Origin: a virus
Taxonomy: Duplodnaviria > Caudoviricetes
Direction: 5' to 3' (one strand)
Virus record (IMG/VR): IMGVR_UViG_3300020045_007774
Span: 1-46,617 of that record
Length of the DNA stretch: 46,617 bases
In this document: positions 16,844 through 26,241 of the stretch, one piece after another
Layout: each line of letters opens with the position of its first letter
Position numbering within the stretch: the first letter of the stretch is position 1
Program-made: the position numbers and the translations under genes
Notes under the pieces: generated by a model
The model's input: the letters and a program-made list of their open reading frames with translations, nothing else
Database searches by the model: none
Told to the model about the DNA's origin: nothing

Positions 16844-17286
16844 GAAAAATAAAAATCGGCTTCAGACTTTCTTCGCCTTGTCAAGCCGGCAACCGGCTTA
16901 CCGCCAGCATTATTCCATTTCATAAACTCAGATCTTATTGTTTCATCTTTTGGGTTCTTAATTACTTTTTTCAGTAAAGTAGATTTTTGTAAAGCACCCA
17001 TTCCCAAATTAAAAGCAAATGAAACTAAGGCGTCAAAATTATTCTGACTGATAACACATTTAGACAAAAATACATCTACAGATTTGGCTTTAATATTTAT
17101 TTCCCATTCTAACATTTCGTCTGCCCTTTCTTTGGTTATCGTTTCACCGGATTTTACTTTTGATCCATCCGGGTACATAATAGAACCGTAACCGATTGTC
17201 CAAATACCGACTACATCTTTGTAAGAATTTAACCGTAAGCCTTCAAATTCTTTTATAAACTCATAGCACCTTTCTGACGGTTTCAT
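16840..17286 (-). CDS. Endolysin, GH24 phage lysozyme
   Basis: IKEFEGLRL..YKDVVGIWTIGYG (E-8x-D-5x-T), FDALVSFAFNLG, GLTRRRKSE. Confidence 0.95.
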   Translation of the reverse strand: MKPSERCYEFIKEFEGLRLNSYKDVVGIWTIGYGSIMYPDGSKVKSGETITKERADEMLEWEINIKAKSVDVFLSKCVISQNNFDALVSFAFNLGMGALQKSTLLKKVIKNPKDETIRSEFMKWNNAGGKPVAGLTRRRKSEADFYFS

Positions 17287-17291
17287 ATTTT

Positions 17292-17504
17292 TTATTTTAG
17301 ATAATCTGCTTCAGGAATAGCATCTATAAATCTTTCTTCACCTCTTTTCAATCTTACTCTGGTATCGGTTAAATAAACAGCTCGACAAACCGTTTTTCTC
17401 AGTGTATTGCAAAGTAATTCTAATCGGTTCAAAAGTTCCTGATTATTCTTTGCGCCCAATTCTTTTTTAAGAATGTGTAAAAGCTCTAAGTCAGTTTTCT
17501 TCAT
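17292..17504 (-). CDS. Hypothetical protein
   Basis: 70-aa ORF in operon with the lysozyme. Confidence 0.55.
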   Translation of the reverse strand: MKKTDLELLHILKKELGAKNNQELLNRLELLCNTLRKTVCRAVYLTDTRVRLKRGEERFIDAIPEADYLK

Positions 17505-17718
17505 CTTTATCTAAGTTAAGTAATTTTTCTCTATCGGGTTCATCCGTAGCTTCAAAATCATAAACAGCGCAAACGTCACCCATGTAAGATAATTGAAATT
17601 TAAAGATATTGCCAGGCTTAATAATAATACCAACAAGCAAGTGAGGTAGCTGTTCCGGATCTGATTTCAAAAACCAGGTTGATCCAAACTCCAAATCTGT
17701 TTTTATCTTTATTGGCAT
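17491..17718 (-). CDS. Hypothetical phage protein
   Basis: FG..WFLKSDPEQLP...YDFE small beta-barrel-like pattern. Confidence 0.65.
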   Translation of the reverse strand: MPIKIKTDLEFGSTWFLKSDPEQLPHLLVGIIIKPGNIFKFQLSYMGDVCAVYDFEATDEPDREKLLNLDKDEEN

Positions 17719-17729
17719 ATTAAATTATT

Positions 17730-17787
17730 TATACCCCTGTAGGTATAAAGTTACATCAATATGATAGTATATACCTTTAAGGGTATA
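17730..17787. promoter_or_regulatory. Pair of palindromic operators TATACC-N6-GGTATA
   Basis: 17730-17747 and 17770-17787, exactly 40 bp apart, around a TAACTTTA -7-like box (minus strand, 17746-17753). Confidence 0.7.
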
Positions 17788-17792
17788 ATATT

Positions 17793-18158
17793 TTAAATAC
17801 GGCGTTTATTTTTTACTCCGCTTCCTTTAATAATCTCGCAAATAGTTACAAATAACTGATCAACTGCCTCACCCCAAAACATTTCGCAAGATGGCTTTCC
17901 GTTTTCAATTTTAAACGGGGGATCAGTAAACCATGATTGATAGGTGTCATCGTAATTAGCCGTAAACCTATGGCATTTTTCCTTGAACGGACACAACCCG
18001 CCCTTACACATTGTTTTGTCCGAACCTGATTTACGTTTATTCTCCTTAACCATATCGAGGTTATTATCGGAATGGTTGCCCGTATTTTGCCCCTTCAAAT
18101 TTTTGGCAGCTTTAGGCTTCTTTTTAGTTTCACCTCTTGTTTTAATAAATCGTGTCAA
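17793..18158 (-). CDS. Cys-rich hypothetical phage protein
   Basis: TMCKGGLCPFKEKCHRFTA...QSWF..PP...CEMFW; true start may be further downstream. Confidence 0.6.
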   Translation of the reverse strand: MTRFIKTRGETKKKPKAAKNLKGQNTGNHSDNNLDMVKENKRKSGSDKTMCKGGLCPFKEKCHRFTANYDDTYQSWFTDPPFKIENGKPSCEMFWGEAVDQLFVTICEIIKGSGVKNKRRI

Positions 18159-19147
18159 AATACTTCTCCTTTATAAATTGTTTTATTTCTTACATTAAAA
18201 CTTTTACCGTCAATATCTACAATAGCAAATCCCCAATTCCATTTATTTATTGGTGCAAAATTTGGATGCAATTCAGATAGGCATCCTGAACTCCAGGTTG
18301 TTGTTATTTTGCCATTCATGTCGCTTTCAGTATGAGAAGATGTTTGATGTGAATGACCTTGAAGTGCAGATGTTTTACCTCTCAAAAACAACCCTCTTGC
18401 TACGTTTACGGGTGAGAAAAATGCAGTTGAAAATTCATGACCATGAATAATATTTAGCCCGGATGCATGAATAATTCTTTTGTCTTTTATTATTTCTATT
18501 CCGTTTGCCCTTGCTTTAATAATATTTTCTAACTCAAATTCATCTACTCCAACTAATTCCTTTGCTTTTGTAAATAGGAAATGTTCGTACCTTTCTTCGT
18601 GATTCCCATACTTGAAATAAATCTTACAATTAAATTCTCGTTTAAATATATCCATCATTTCTTTAAATACCCTTAATTCTTCAGCGAAGTGTCTTTTACG
18701 GGGGTCTCTTACAAATCTGGAAAGCTGAAAACAATCTAATACATCGCCATTGAGTAATAGTGCATCCGGTTTTTCTTTTTTACAAAAATCTAAGGCGGCT
18801 GTTATTGCCGCCATTGAATGATATGGGATGTGTATATCAGAAAGTATTGCTAACCGTTTATGACCTTTTAATACAAATGGTTCATAAGGGATTTCATCAC
18901 TTTCAGGTAGTTTATATGGGTTCTTTGGTCGTGGTTCTTCTAAGAAGTATTTACTATCCTTAACAGCTTTTACCATTTTACTATTACTACCCTTACCCTC
19001 AATATATCTCAATCTTTCCCTTGCGTCCTCAACATTATTAAATAGTGGATTTGTTTCTTTATACATAATCCTTGCTAATTGAAGGGTTGGCATTTTCATA
19101 CCGTACCTATCTCTGAACTCCCTTGCTGTATCAGATTTTATACCCAT
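18155..19147 (-). CDS. Calcineurin-like metallophosphoesterase
   Basis: SDIH, NGDVLD, GNHE, HGHE, GHSH motifs. Confidence 0.92.
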   Translation of the reverse strand: MGIKSDTAREFRDRYGMKMPTLQLARIMYKETNPLFNNVEDARERLRYIEGKGSNSKMVKAVKDSKYFLEEPRPKNPYKLPESDEIPYEPFVLKGHKRLAILSDIHIPYHSMAAITAALDFCKKEKPDALLLNGDVLDCFQLSRFVRDPRKRHFAEELRVFKEMMDIFKREFNCKIYFKYGNHEERYEHFLFTKAKELVGVDEFELENIIKARANGIEIIKDKRIIHASGLNIIHGHEFSTAFFSPVNVARGLFLRGKTSALQGHSHQTSSHTESDMNGKITTTWSSGCLSELHPNFAPINKWNWGFAIVDIDGKSFNVRNKTIYKGEVF

Positions 19148-19176
19148 AAATTGTTTTTAGTGAGGAAAATAGCGGA

Positions 19177-19581
19177 TCACAAAAGTAGTAAAATACCAAC
19201 TACCAAAATAATGACTCTGAAAAATATAGCAACCCTTTCTAAATCATTTTCAGAAACGTACTTTTTGTTCCAATACAAAGCAGTTGCGATTATTTCAATA
19301 AACTTGCCTTCAATTTTATCAACTATACTTTTTGGGTTGCATGAAATATAACCAGCCCCAAGTCCCCGAAAAATGTTTAAAGTAGTATCAAAAACTACCC
19401 GGACTAAGCAAAGCAATGCAACTGATTCTTGCCATCCGTATAAGTAATAGGCTATTCCGGCCGCTGAGATGTGTAGGATGCCGTTTAAGGCGTGATAAAT
19501 TCTTTTATTATTACTTATCAGCCTAAAATTAAACCAGGCTAAAACGGCTGCAAATAGGCAATATGAAAGGACAAAGATCAA
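19177..19581 (-). CDS. Integral membrane protein
   Basis: Several hydrophobic segments. Confidence 0.65.
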   Translation of the reverse strand: MIFVLSYCLFAAVLAWFNFRLISNNKRIYHALNGILHISAAGIAYYLYGWQESVALLCLVRVVFDTTLNIFRGLGAGYISCNPKSIVDKIEGKFIEIIATALYWNKKYVSENDLERVAIFFRVIILVVGILLLL

Positions 19582-19895
19582 GCCTCTAAGACTTGAACGA
19601 TAATAAAGCCAATACCAAGCCCAAGTAAGGCAATGGCAAAAATAAAGTAAGGAGTTTTAACGACTGGTATTTTTTTACCGTCAAAGGTTAATTTGGGCAA
19701 TCCTTTTTCATCCTTTTCGTAGTCCAAAGTCCCGCCTCTTGACTGCAAAAATGCTTTAAGAAAAAAGAAAGCAGACCCGCCGAAAATAACAACTAAAATA
19801 ATCCACATACCGCCAGACCAGATTGATACATCTGTTCCGTGAAATTTTACACATGACATTAAAAAAATCGGGAGTAAGTAAAGTAATTTTTTCAT
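19578..19895 (-). CDS. Lipoprotein-signal protein with two further TM helices
   Basis: MKKLLYLLPIFLMSC then two hydrophobic segments. Confidence 0.6.
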   Translation of the reverse strand: MKKLLYLLPIFLMSCVKFHGTDVSIWSGGMWIILVVIFGGSAFFFLKAFLQSRGGTLDYEKDEKGLPKLTFDGKKIPVVKTPYFIFAIALLGLGIGFIIVQVLEA

Positions 19896-20449
19896 ACAAC
19901 TTTTTTAAAAAGTGACATAATATATTTCCTTTTCCATATAACTAACATACCCAAAGCCCCAAGCCCGAACCATATCCACCATGTAGATTTTTTCTTCTTA
20001 TCCAATGTTTTCATGCTATGGTAATATTTTAGAGAGTCTTCAGCAGCTATTCGTAGGTTAATTTCGTGTTCCCTGTCTACTGTAATTTCATCAATTATCT
20101 TTATAAGTTCTTCCTGCTTTAATTTGAATTGCTTAATATTTCCGGTGGCAACAATTCCCTTTCCGGGAACGTAAGAAACCGTATTTATAACCTTAGTTTC
20201 CCCCGGCAACAAAACCGTATCGCAGTCCGAAAAAATAACATCTGCTGATAATGTATTTATGTATTCATCATAATGCTTCACAACTGAATCAACTCTTATT
20301 TTTACTATTGAATCAATATTTACCCTTGAAACCTCAGTTATACTTTCTATTTGTTTGTCGATATGTTTTGTTGAAGTACATCCTACCCACATAAAAAGTA
20401 ATATGGAAAAGATTATTATTGATATTAAAATAAGTATTTTGTTTTTCAT
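19892..20449 (-). CDS. Candidate unimolecular spanin
   Basis: N-terminal signal ending WVGC, soluble middle, C-terminal TM (WWIWFGLGALGMLVIW) and basic tail; next to holin-like genes. Confidence 0.6.
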   Translation of the reverse strand: MKNKILILISIIIFSILLFMWVGCTSTKHIDKQIESITEVSRVNIDSIVKIRVDSVVKHYDEYINTLSADVIFSDCDTVLLPGETKVINTVSYVPGKGIVATGNIKQFKLKQEELIKIIDEITVDREHEINLRIAAEDSLKYYHSMKTLDKKKKSTWWIWFGLGALGMLVIWKRKYIMSLFKKVV

Positions 20450-20453
20450 AAAA

Positions 20454-20726
20454 TTATTTTGGCGGTTCTATACCAGCTTCCTTCTTTTCTATTTCAGAAT
20501 CAGCTTTATCAACATCTGACTTGTCTTTTGATGAACCAAAGTAATAAGCTGCAACGGAAACTACCACTCCTAAAACAATACCAGACGAAAGCATGATTGC
20601 ATCTTTATTATCTATTGGTATTGGCTTATAAATTAATAAAAACAAATATCCAAATCCTAACACCATTACTATTATAGCAATAATGCTTCTTACGTTTTTA
20701 GCTAATAATTCAAAAAACCTTATCAT
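20454..20726 (-). CDS. Holin-like protein (2 TM)
   Basis: Two TMs, YYFGSS motif, charged C-terminal tail. Confidence 0.65.
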   Translation of the reverse strand: MIRFFELLAKNVRSIIAIIVMVLGFGYLFLLIYKPIPIDNKDAIMLSSGIVLGVVVSVAAYYFGSSKDKSDVDKADSEIEKKEAGIEPPK

Positions 20727-20729
20727 AAA

Positions 20730-20990
20730 TCAATTTTTGTTTAGATACCACCCGAATAAAATAAGTGCAACGGTACTAACTGCACTAACCAATATCCAAA
20801 CTACTTTGTCCCTTCCCTTTATTACATTGCCCGTATCAATGAGAGTATGTAATTTACTATTATGATTATCGGTTTTTTCTTCAAGGGCGTCAACCCTTCC
20901 GTTTGTTTTTGTAGTTTGGATAAGTATTTTTTCAATCTTATCTTCCATCCTTACTAATCGTTCTAATATTTGCTGCTCCATTGTTTCCAT
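20730..20990 (-). CDS. Holin/XhlA-like coiled-coil protein with a C-terminal TM
   Basis: QTTKTNGRVDALE coiled coil plus one TM. Confidence 0.55.
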   Translation of the reverse strand: METMEQQILERLVRMEDKIEKILIQTTKTNGRVDALEEKTDNHNSKLHTLIDTGNVIKGRDKVVWILVSAVSTVALILFGWYLNKN

Positions 20991-21013
20991 TTTTCTTTAT
21001 TTACCAATACCAC

Positions 21014-21742
21014 TTAATTGATTAATGTTACCCTTCTTCCGCATTGCCTTAATTCTAATGCCGCACCCAACCAAACTGAACTTCCGGCTGTTACTGTTGG
21101 CGTGTTGTCCGTTGTATTCACCCTACCCATTATATACATTGAAAAAGGAGTTGTACAATTAAAATCACCGTATTCTGTCCACCCGCTTTCAGGTGTACCG
21201 TTTTGGTTTGCATCTTCAGCAAACCATGACATAACTAAATTCTTTTGCCCTAATGCTGCAAGTGTTAAAGATGGGTCGGCACTATTACCATTACCCGTTA
21301 CATATTGCTTTATTGCATTAGCACCATTTGCACCAAGTTGAACCCCCGAAAAAGCTAATAGATGACCAAAAAACCCGCCTGTAATTCTTTCTGTTCCTGT
21401 GAATGTTACGGTTAATGTTTCGTTGCCAATATTAGTTGTTGGTAAACACCTGTAAACTGCAATTCTCGAAGTCCCAGAAGCTACCTGTAAAACTGTGTCC
21501 CAATCCGTACCCGTTGAACTTGAAAGCGTACCAAAATTATTTATCGTAGTACTATGTGTTATATAAACAGCCAAATACAATATATCTGCTGATAAAGTTG
21601 GTAGCCAGTTGGCAGAACCATAAGGGCCAACACCGCAATCTGATGTTGTACTTGTTAAATCAATATTTATAGGAGTACCCGGACAAGTTTGCCCAAAAGC
21701 GTAATTACTAACTAATAATAATATGAATAAAAGTTTTTTCAT
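21014..21742 (-). CDS. Signal-peptide-bearing beta-rich protein (fibre/adhesin-like)
   Basis: MKKLLFILLLVSNYAFG|Q; T/G/S-rich beta strands. Confidence 0.6.
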   Translation of the reverse strand: MKKLLFILLLVSNYAFGQTCPGTPINIDLTSTTSDCGVGPYGSANWLPTLSADILYLAVYITHSTTINNFGTLSSSTGTDWDTVLQVASGTSRIAVYRCLPTTNIGNETLTVTFTGTERITGGFFGHLLAFSGVQLGANGANAIKQYVTGNGNSADPSLTLAALGQKNLVMSWFAEDANQNGTPESGWTEYGDFNCTTPFSMYIMGRVNTTDNTPTVTAGSSVWLGAALELRQCGRRVTLIN

Positions 21743-22848
21743 TAATCTACCGTATAATAAATGGTGAAGCTCACTCCACTTCCAACACCGCCGGACAATA
21801 TTATTAGTATCATTTCACCGGCTGCGATTGTCGCATCTGTAAAAGAAGTAGATGAGCATAAAGTTGTTATTGATGTACAGGTAACCGTTCCGTTTGTTAA
21901 TTCTGTCAATGATGATTTATCGGCTGAATGCCATATCCTATACGATACGGTTGCATCCGACCCGCCGTTATTAATACTCTTTATTGCAGTAACCGTAATA
22001 TTTGATGGCACACCACCCCAAAAAATTACCGTGTCTGCTGCTGCTTGAAATTCCCAAAATGCAGATTTTGATTGTGTACCTAATGATGAATTAACAGATC
22101 CCCAAACTGCAGAACCTGTACCTGGATTGATTAATTTTAAAACATTACCCACGCTTGCGCCACTTGATGTTGCTGTTAAATAAAGTGAATCAGAATTTAT
22201 TGTCGCCTTTTCTCCGGTTTGATTATCTAAAGTAAGCATTTCAGAACCGTTAACATTCACCTTTGCTTTTATATTTAAAGCATCCAATGTAAGTTTAACA
22301 GTTGATTCTAAAATATTATTACCGCCGTTAAGAGTAGTTACTGAATCTCTGATATGCAGATAACCGTAAATATCCGAAAGTTGATTACCGAAAAAATATT
22401 GCTTTTCAACCGGATCAATTATTAAATTGTCGGAAACCCCATCATAAATTTTAAAATACTTTCCATTTAACGTAACCGTTCTATTGCTTGCCAATAAACT
22501 ATCAACATTATATATATTATTCCCGCCACCTCCAAATGATAATTGAGTAAGATCGTACTGAGTAGCGTAATGATTTAAGTCAATGCTATCTGCTAAATTT
22601 ACAAGACTGCGCCAGCCGTCTGAATAATAATAAAACCTATGTAAAATTGTGTCAAGTCCCAAATTTCCTGAGCCTACCCAAATACCTGTTCTGATATTCG
22701 GTACTGTTGAGTAACCCGGAATATGAAAACCCGAATCTGTTTTAATCGCCGTAAAATCATATTTTACGTTTAGTTTAGTATACCCTGAAGGTGTCTGAGA
22801 TATTCCCCTTAATGAAAAAAGAAGTATGATGAATAATATTTTTTTCAT
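21742..22848 (-). CDS. Signal-peptide-bearing tail-fibre-like protein
   Basis: MKKILFIILLFSLRGIS|Q; fibre-like segments (FYYYSDGW, GGGGNNIYNVDSLL..NRTV). Confidence 0.55.
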   Translation of the reverse strand: MKKILFIILLFSLRGISQTPSGYTKLNVKYDFTAIKTDSGFHIPGYSTVPNIRTGIWVGSGNLGLDTILHRFYYYSDGWRSLVNLADSIDLNHYATQYDLTQLSFGGGGNNIYNVDSLLASNRTVTLNGKYFKIYDGVSDNLIIDPVEKQYFFGNQLSDIYGYLHIRDSVTTLNGGNNILESTVKLTLDALNIKAKVNVNGSEMLTLDNQTGEKATINSDSLYLTATSSGASVGNVLKLINPGTGSAVWGSVNSSLGTQSKSAFWEFQAAADTVIFWGGVPSNITVTAIKSINNGGSDATVSYRIWHSADKSSLTELTNGTVTCTSITTLCSSTSFTDATIAAGEMILIILSGGVGSGVSFTIYYTVD

Positions 22849-22850
22849 AA

Positions 22851-23240
22851 TTATCTTTTAAAAAGAACATTAACAGTTTGAGTCCCGTCGAATGTATCTT
22901 GAAAAATTATTTTATTATTGGCTAAGTCTAATTGACATTGCCTGTTGCCGGGAGCTGCTGCCACAATATTAAATTGTAACCCTTCAACAAAAACAGAAAG
23001 AATAACGTCCGTACTTACTAATGTATATCCATGTTCAGAACTTACCCCGTCTATATAAGCGTTCCCAAAAGTAGTCCCCCAAAAATCAGAAAGAAATGTA
23101 TTGCTCGCAAATTGATTTGCATTTATTAAAACGGTTGAACTTCCCAAAGGTGCAGCTAAGTCATGACACATTATCTTTTTATTCGTAAGCGTATAGTGTA
23201 TATCCGCCGTCGGAACACCGTGTATATTTATATCTGACAT
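22851..23240 (-). CDS. Hypothetical virion-associated protein
   Basis: Beta-rich; first gene after the capsid terminator. Confidence 0.55.
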   Translation of the reverse strand: MSDINIHGVPTADIHYTLTNKKIMCHDLAAPLGSSTVLINANQFASNTFLSDFWGTTFGNAYIDGVSSEHGYTLVSTDVILSVFVEGLQFNIVAAAPGNRQCQLDLANNKIIFQDTFDGTQTVNVLFKR

Positions 23241-23245
23241 ATCTT

Positions 23246-23272
23246 AAAAAAGGGGAGGATAAGCCCTCCCCT
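23246..23272 (-). terminator. Intrinsic terminator after the major capsid gene
   Basis: AGGGGAGG-6 nt-CCUCCCCU plus U-run. Confidence 0.85.
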
Positions 23273-23301
23273 GTTTATTTTAAAGAATACCGGGGAGCAA
23301 A

Positions 23302-24399
23302 TTATGAAACACATTGTGCAGGTATAACACTGCAATCATGTATCTGTACTAATCCATTTACACCTGCCAGACTTTCACCACAACCGCCTGCTAAATTAAC
23401 AGCAAGCTCTGCGAATAAGAAAGGCTCATAAGTCCATTTTCCGCATTTGTAGTCAAAATACCAGCGATAATCAACTTCAATTCCGGTAGCCGGATCAATA
23501 AATGTTCCGTGAGTATAAAGATCAGTAATTGCACGTCTCTTTTCACCCTTGAACATATTCCAACTTACAAACTGCATTGCTCCAGGGGCAACCTGAAGGA
23601 AATCAGTAGTTCCCAAAACTGAATCTGAGTTACGATCATAGTAAATCTGTGGAATTTCTTCATTAATGTTATTCAGATCAACACCCATGTGATTCAAAGC
23701 CTGCCATTTTTTAAATTCGGCAATCATTGAAAGTGTATGACCTCCAATAAGAGCATAGCCTCCATCATTACCAGCATCTTTAAAATACTGATTCAAAAGG
23801 AAAACAGCTGTTGCATTCAGGTTTGAATGATTTGTATCTGTTGAAGTATTGAAGAAATTAAGCTCAGTCAATGCCTGACCTTGTGCATTTGTACCCACTT
23901 TAGAGGCTGCAATTTCAAATATTCTTGTATCAAGACTTTCAATGAACCGCTTGTTAAAGCGGGCAATTTGACGAGTTATATAGCTCAGATCGGTTTCTGT
24001 GCAATATCTCATTAAATCGCTTTCTTCAAAAGTCAAAACAACTGGCTGTGCGCCTGAACCTTCACCGTCGCAAACACGATATTCCGGGCCGGTCAATTCA
24101 AAAACAACTTCTTCAGCCGGGTTTGTAGACTCAACTCTCGTTGTGTTACAATCTGCACTTAAAGTGCAAAGATCAAAGCAGAAAGGATTATCAACCATCA
24201 TTGCGATAGCTCTTTTCTTTCCGGGAATTGACTCTACATCAATAACCCTGAAGCCCCGTGTATTTTGAGGGGAGGTTAAAAATTTGAGCAAACCTATCGA
24301 GCCAAGTGTTCTAAATTCGGCTGCATTTGCTCCATAATAATCTGTTAATTTGGCCTGTAATGCTTTGCAAGCATATGCGCCAACGTTACCAAAAGGCAT
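23302..24399 (-). CDS. Probable major capsid protein
   Basis: 365 aa; follows a scaffold-like gene, has a structured leader and is followed by a terminator; call is from size and synteny. Confidence 0.72.
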   Translation of the reverse strand: MPFGNVGAYACKALQAKLTDYYGANAAEFRTLGSIGLLKFLTSPQNTRGFRVIDVESIPGKKRAIAMMVDNPFCFDLCTLSADCNTTRVESTNPAEEVVFELTGPEYRVCDGEGSGAQPVVLTFEESDLMRYCTETDLSYITRQIARFNKRFIESLDTRIFEIAASKVGTNAQGQALTELNFFNTSTDTNHSNLNATAVFLLNQYFKDAGNDGGYALIGGHTLSMIAEFKKWQALNHMGVDLNNINEEIPQIYYDRNSDSVLGTTDFLQVAPGAMQFVSWNMFKGEKRRAITDLYTHGTFIDPATGIEVDYRWYFDYKCGKWTYEPFLFAELAVNLAGGCGESLAGVNGLVQIHDCSVIPAQCVS

Positions 24400-24437
24400 A
24401 TTTTTAAAATTTAATTGTGATAAAAAAAATTCTTTTT

Positions 24438-24485
24438 AGATCACTTGGATCGAAGATTAAATTTTTAAGCTCCTTAGAGCGAATT
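24438..24485 (-). promoter_or_regulatory. Two leader stem-loop motifs upstream of the capsid gene
   Basis: AAUUC-GCUC-uaag-GAGC-U and AAUCUUC-GAUC-caagu-GAUC-U. Confidence 0.6.
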
Positions 24486-24511
24486 GCCCTTTAGTCCGGC
24501 GGGACGTGCTA

Positions 24512-25387
24512 CTATGAACCAGTAGCGATATGACGACTTATCTTATCTTGCAAATGTGGTGGCACCATTGTTAATGTGCCGTTCTTTCCAGGTGTTACTA
24601 CTATTTTTCCCGAACCTTTTCCTTCATCTGGTTTCGGTTCTCTCCACCCTCTCTCAGTGGCAATTTCCAGCAAGGCTTCTTTTAAAGTCAGTTCATGTGA
24701 GCTGCCATCTTTTAAAACCTTCATGGCCGGATTTGCTTTCTGTCTTAACTCAACATTATAGTCACCCGTTCTTTCAAATGAATATTTTGATTGTAAAATA
24801 TCATGTGCTGTTTTCGCTATGTCACCGGCCGAAATTTTCAAATCGGGAACTGAAGAAAGCTCACCGATCAAAGCCGCATTGAAAATTGCACCTGTTATTT
24901 TTTGATTAGCCTCACTTTCGTATTTGGTTTTTATCTGATCTTCAAAACCGTTAAACCCTTCCAGTTTCTTTCTTGCCTCAATTAATTGGTTTTGTAATTC
25001 CTTATCACCTGATTTAGTTTTCGTCCACTTGTCAGCTATTGCCGGAACGAAAAAATCCAATGCCTTATAATCATCCGTAGCCAAATCGGAAATTTCCGCC
25101 TCAGTGAATCCCAATGCCTTTGCGATCTTTTCTTTTGCAATATTCGTTGCTCTTGCATATTGACCGCTTTCAAGCTGCTTCTTAACAGCGGGAGGAAGGT
25201 TATCAACAGTCACCCCTTGAAAAAATTCCGGATCGTTACGAAATTGTGTTTGGTAATTCGCCCTTACCTTATCGACATAAGGCTTAGCGTCAAAAGTTTC
25301 TTGTCCGTCTTCAGGGATTGCCGAAAGAACTGTAATGTCCTCCGGTGAAATTCCGATTGCTGATAAAACTTTTACTGGTATTGGCAT
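24512..25387 (-). CDS. Probable capsid scaffolding protein
   Basis: Helical, charged, central coiled coil; directly upstream of the capsid gene. Confidence 0.65.
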   Translation of the reverse strand: MPIPVKVLSAIGISPEDITVLSAIPEDGQETFDAKPYVDKVRANYQTQFRNDPEFFQGVTVDNLPPAVKKQLESGQYARATNIAKEKIAKALGFTEAEISDLATDDYKALDFFVPAIADKWTKTKSGDKELQNQLIEARKKLEGFNGFEDQIKTKYESEANQKITGAIFNAALIGELSSVPDLKISAGDIAKTAHDILQSKYSFERTGDYNVELRQKANPAMKVLKDGSSHELTLKEALLEIATERGWREPKPDEGKGSGKIVVTPGKNGTLTMVPPHLQDKISRHIATGS

Positions 25388-25390
25388 AAA

Positions 25391-25822
25391 TTATTCTTTG
25401 TTTACTTTTTCTTTTTTCACTTTCTTTACCTTGACAACGGTTTCGTTATCTATTGTCTTAAATCCCGGTAAAGTTAGTAACTCTGTATCACTTAAATCCA
25501 AAACTTCTTGCTTACGTTTACTTTGTGGTGCAATAGGGTTAGGTTTAAATTGTCCCCTGAATCCTATGGCTACATATCCCTTTTGACCGTTCTTTGTTCT
25601 TAAATTATAAAGATTGCCAAAAGTAGATAAGGCTGGCAACTCTCTTTTATTCTTACTAAGTGAATTTAAAATTAATAAATATGCCTTGCTTGACATTGAA
25701 TTTGGATAAGCAGTTGAAAGTTCTTTCAAATCCTGATTAGTCAATGTTTGCAGTCCTGCAATTTCTTCAGCAGTCAAAGCGGCTGCATTTGCCGGGTTGT
25801 ATAATTTTACAATATCACTCAT
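25391..25822 (-). CDS. Hypothetical protein
   Basis: 143 aa with a Lys-rich tail. Confidence 0.65.
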   Translation of the reverse strand: MSDIVKLYNPANAAALTAEEIAGLQTLTNQDLKELSTAYPNSMSSKAYLLILNSLSKNKRELPALSTFGNLYNLRTKNGQKGYVAIGFRGQFKPNPIAPQSKRKQEVLDLSDTELLTLPGFKTIDNETVVKVKKVKKEKVNKE

Positions 25823-26241
25823 AAAAACTTGTTAAGTAACCGAATTACAACGTGAGAAATCACTATTATAGATAACAAAGATAAAACATTTACGGTAAAA
25901 AATAAACCTGAAATTAACGAAATCCAAAATCCGGTGCAAACTATACACATCCCGAAAGCCCGTTCCCAAGTGAAAAAGGGATCAGCCGCATCATAAAGCA
26001 TTTTTTTATATTCAGTTTCTAAAGTAGCCGTCTGAGCGTCTGATCTGGAAAATTTTATACTCTCGTTAAATTGCTTTTGGTATTCTTTAAGCAGATCCAT
26101 TCTTTTTAATCGTAACCTGGAAAGCCAAACCGTATAACCGGAAAAAATCTCATGTGTACTGAAATCGTTTCCCGGTTTCCCGATAACGTAATTTAAGAAT
26201 ATTGATAAAAATGCAGATAATATACCTATCTCAATTATCAT
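25819..26241 (-). CDS. Membrane protein with CxxC at the start of a TM helix (DUF1360/VKOR-like motif)
   Basis: TM1, about 75-aa loop, GMCIVCTGFW starting TM2, then TM3. Confidence 0.6.
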   Translation of the reverse strand: MIIEIGILSAFLSIFLNYVIGKPGNDFSTHEIFSGYTVWLSRLRLKRMDLLKEYQKQFNESIKFSRSDAQTATLETEYKKMLYDAADPFFTWERAFGMCIVCTGFWISLISGLFFTVNVLSLLSIIVISHVVIRLLNKFL

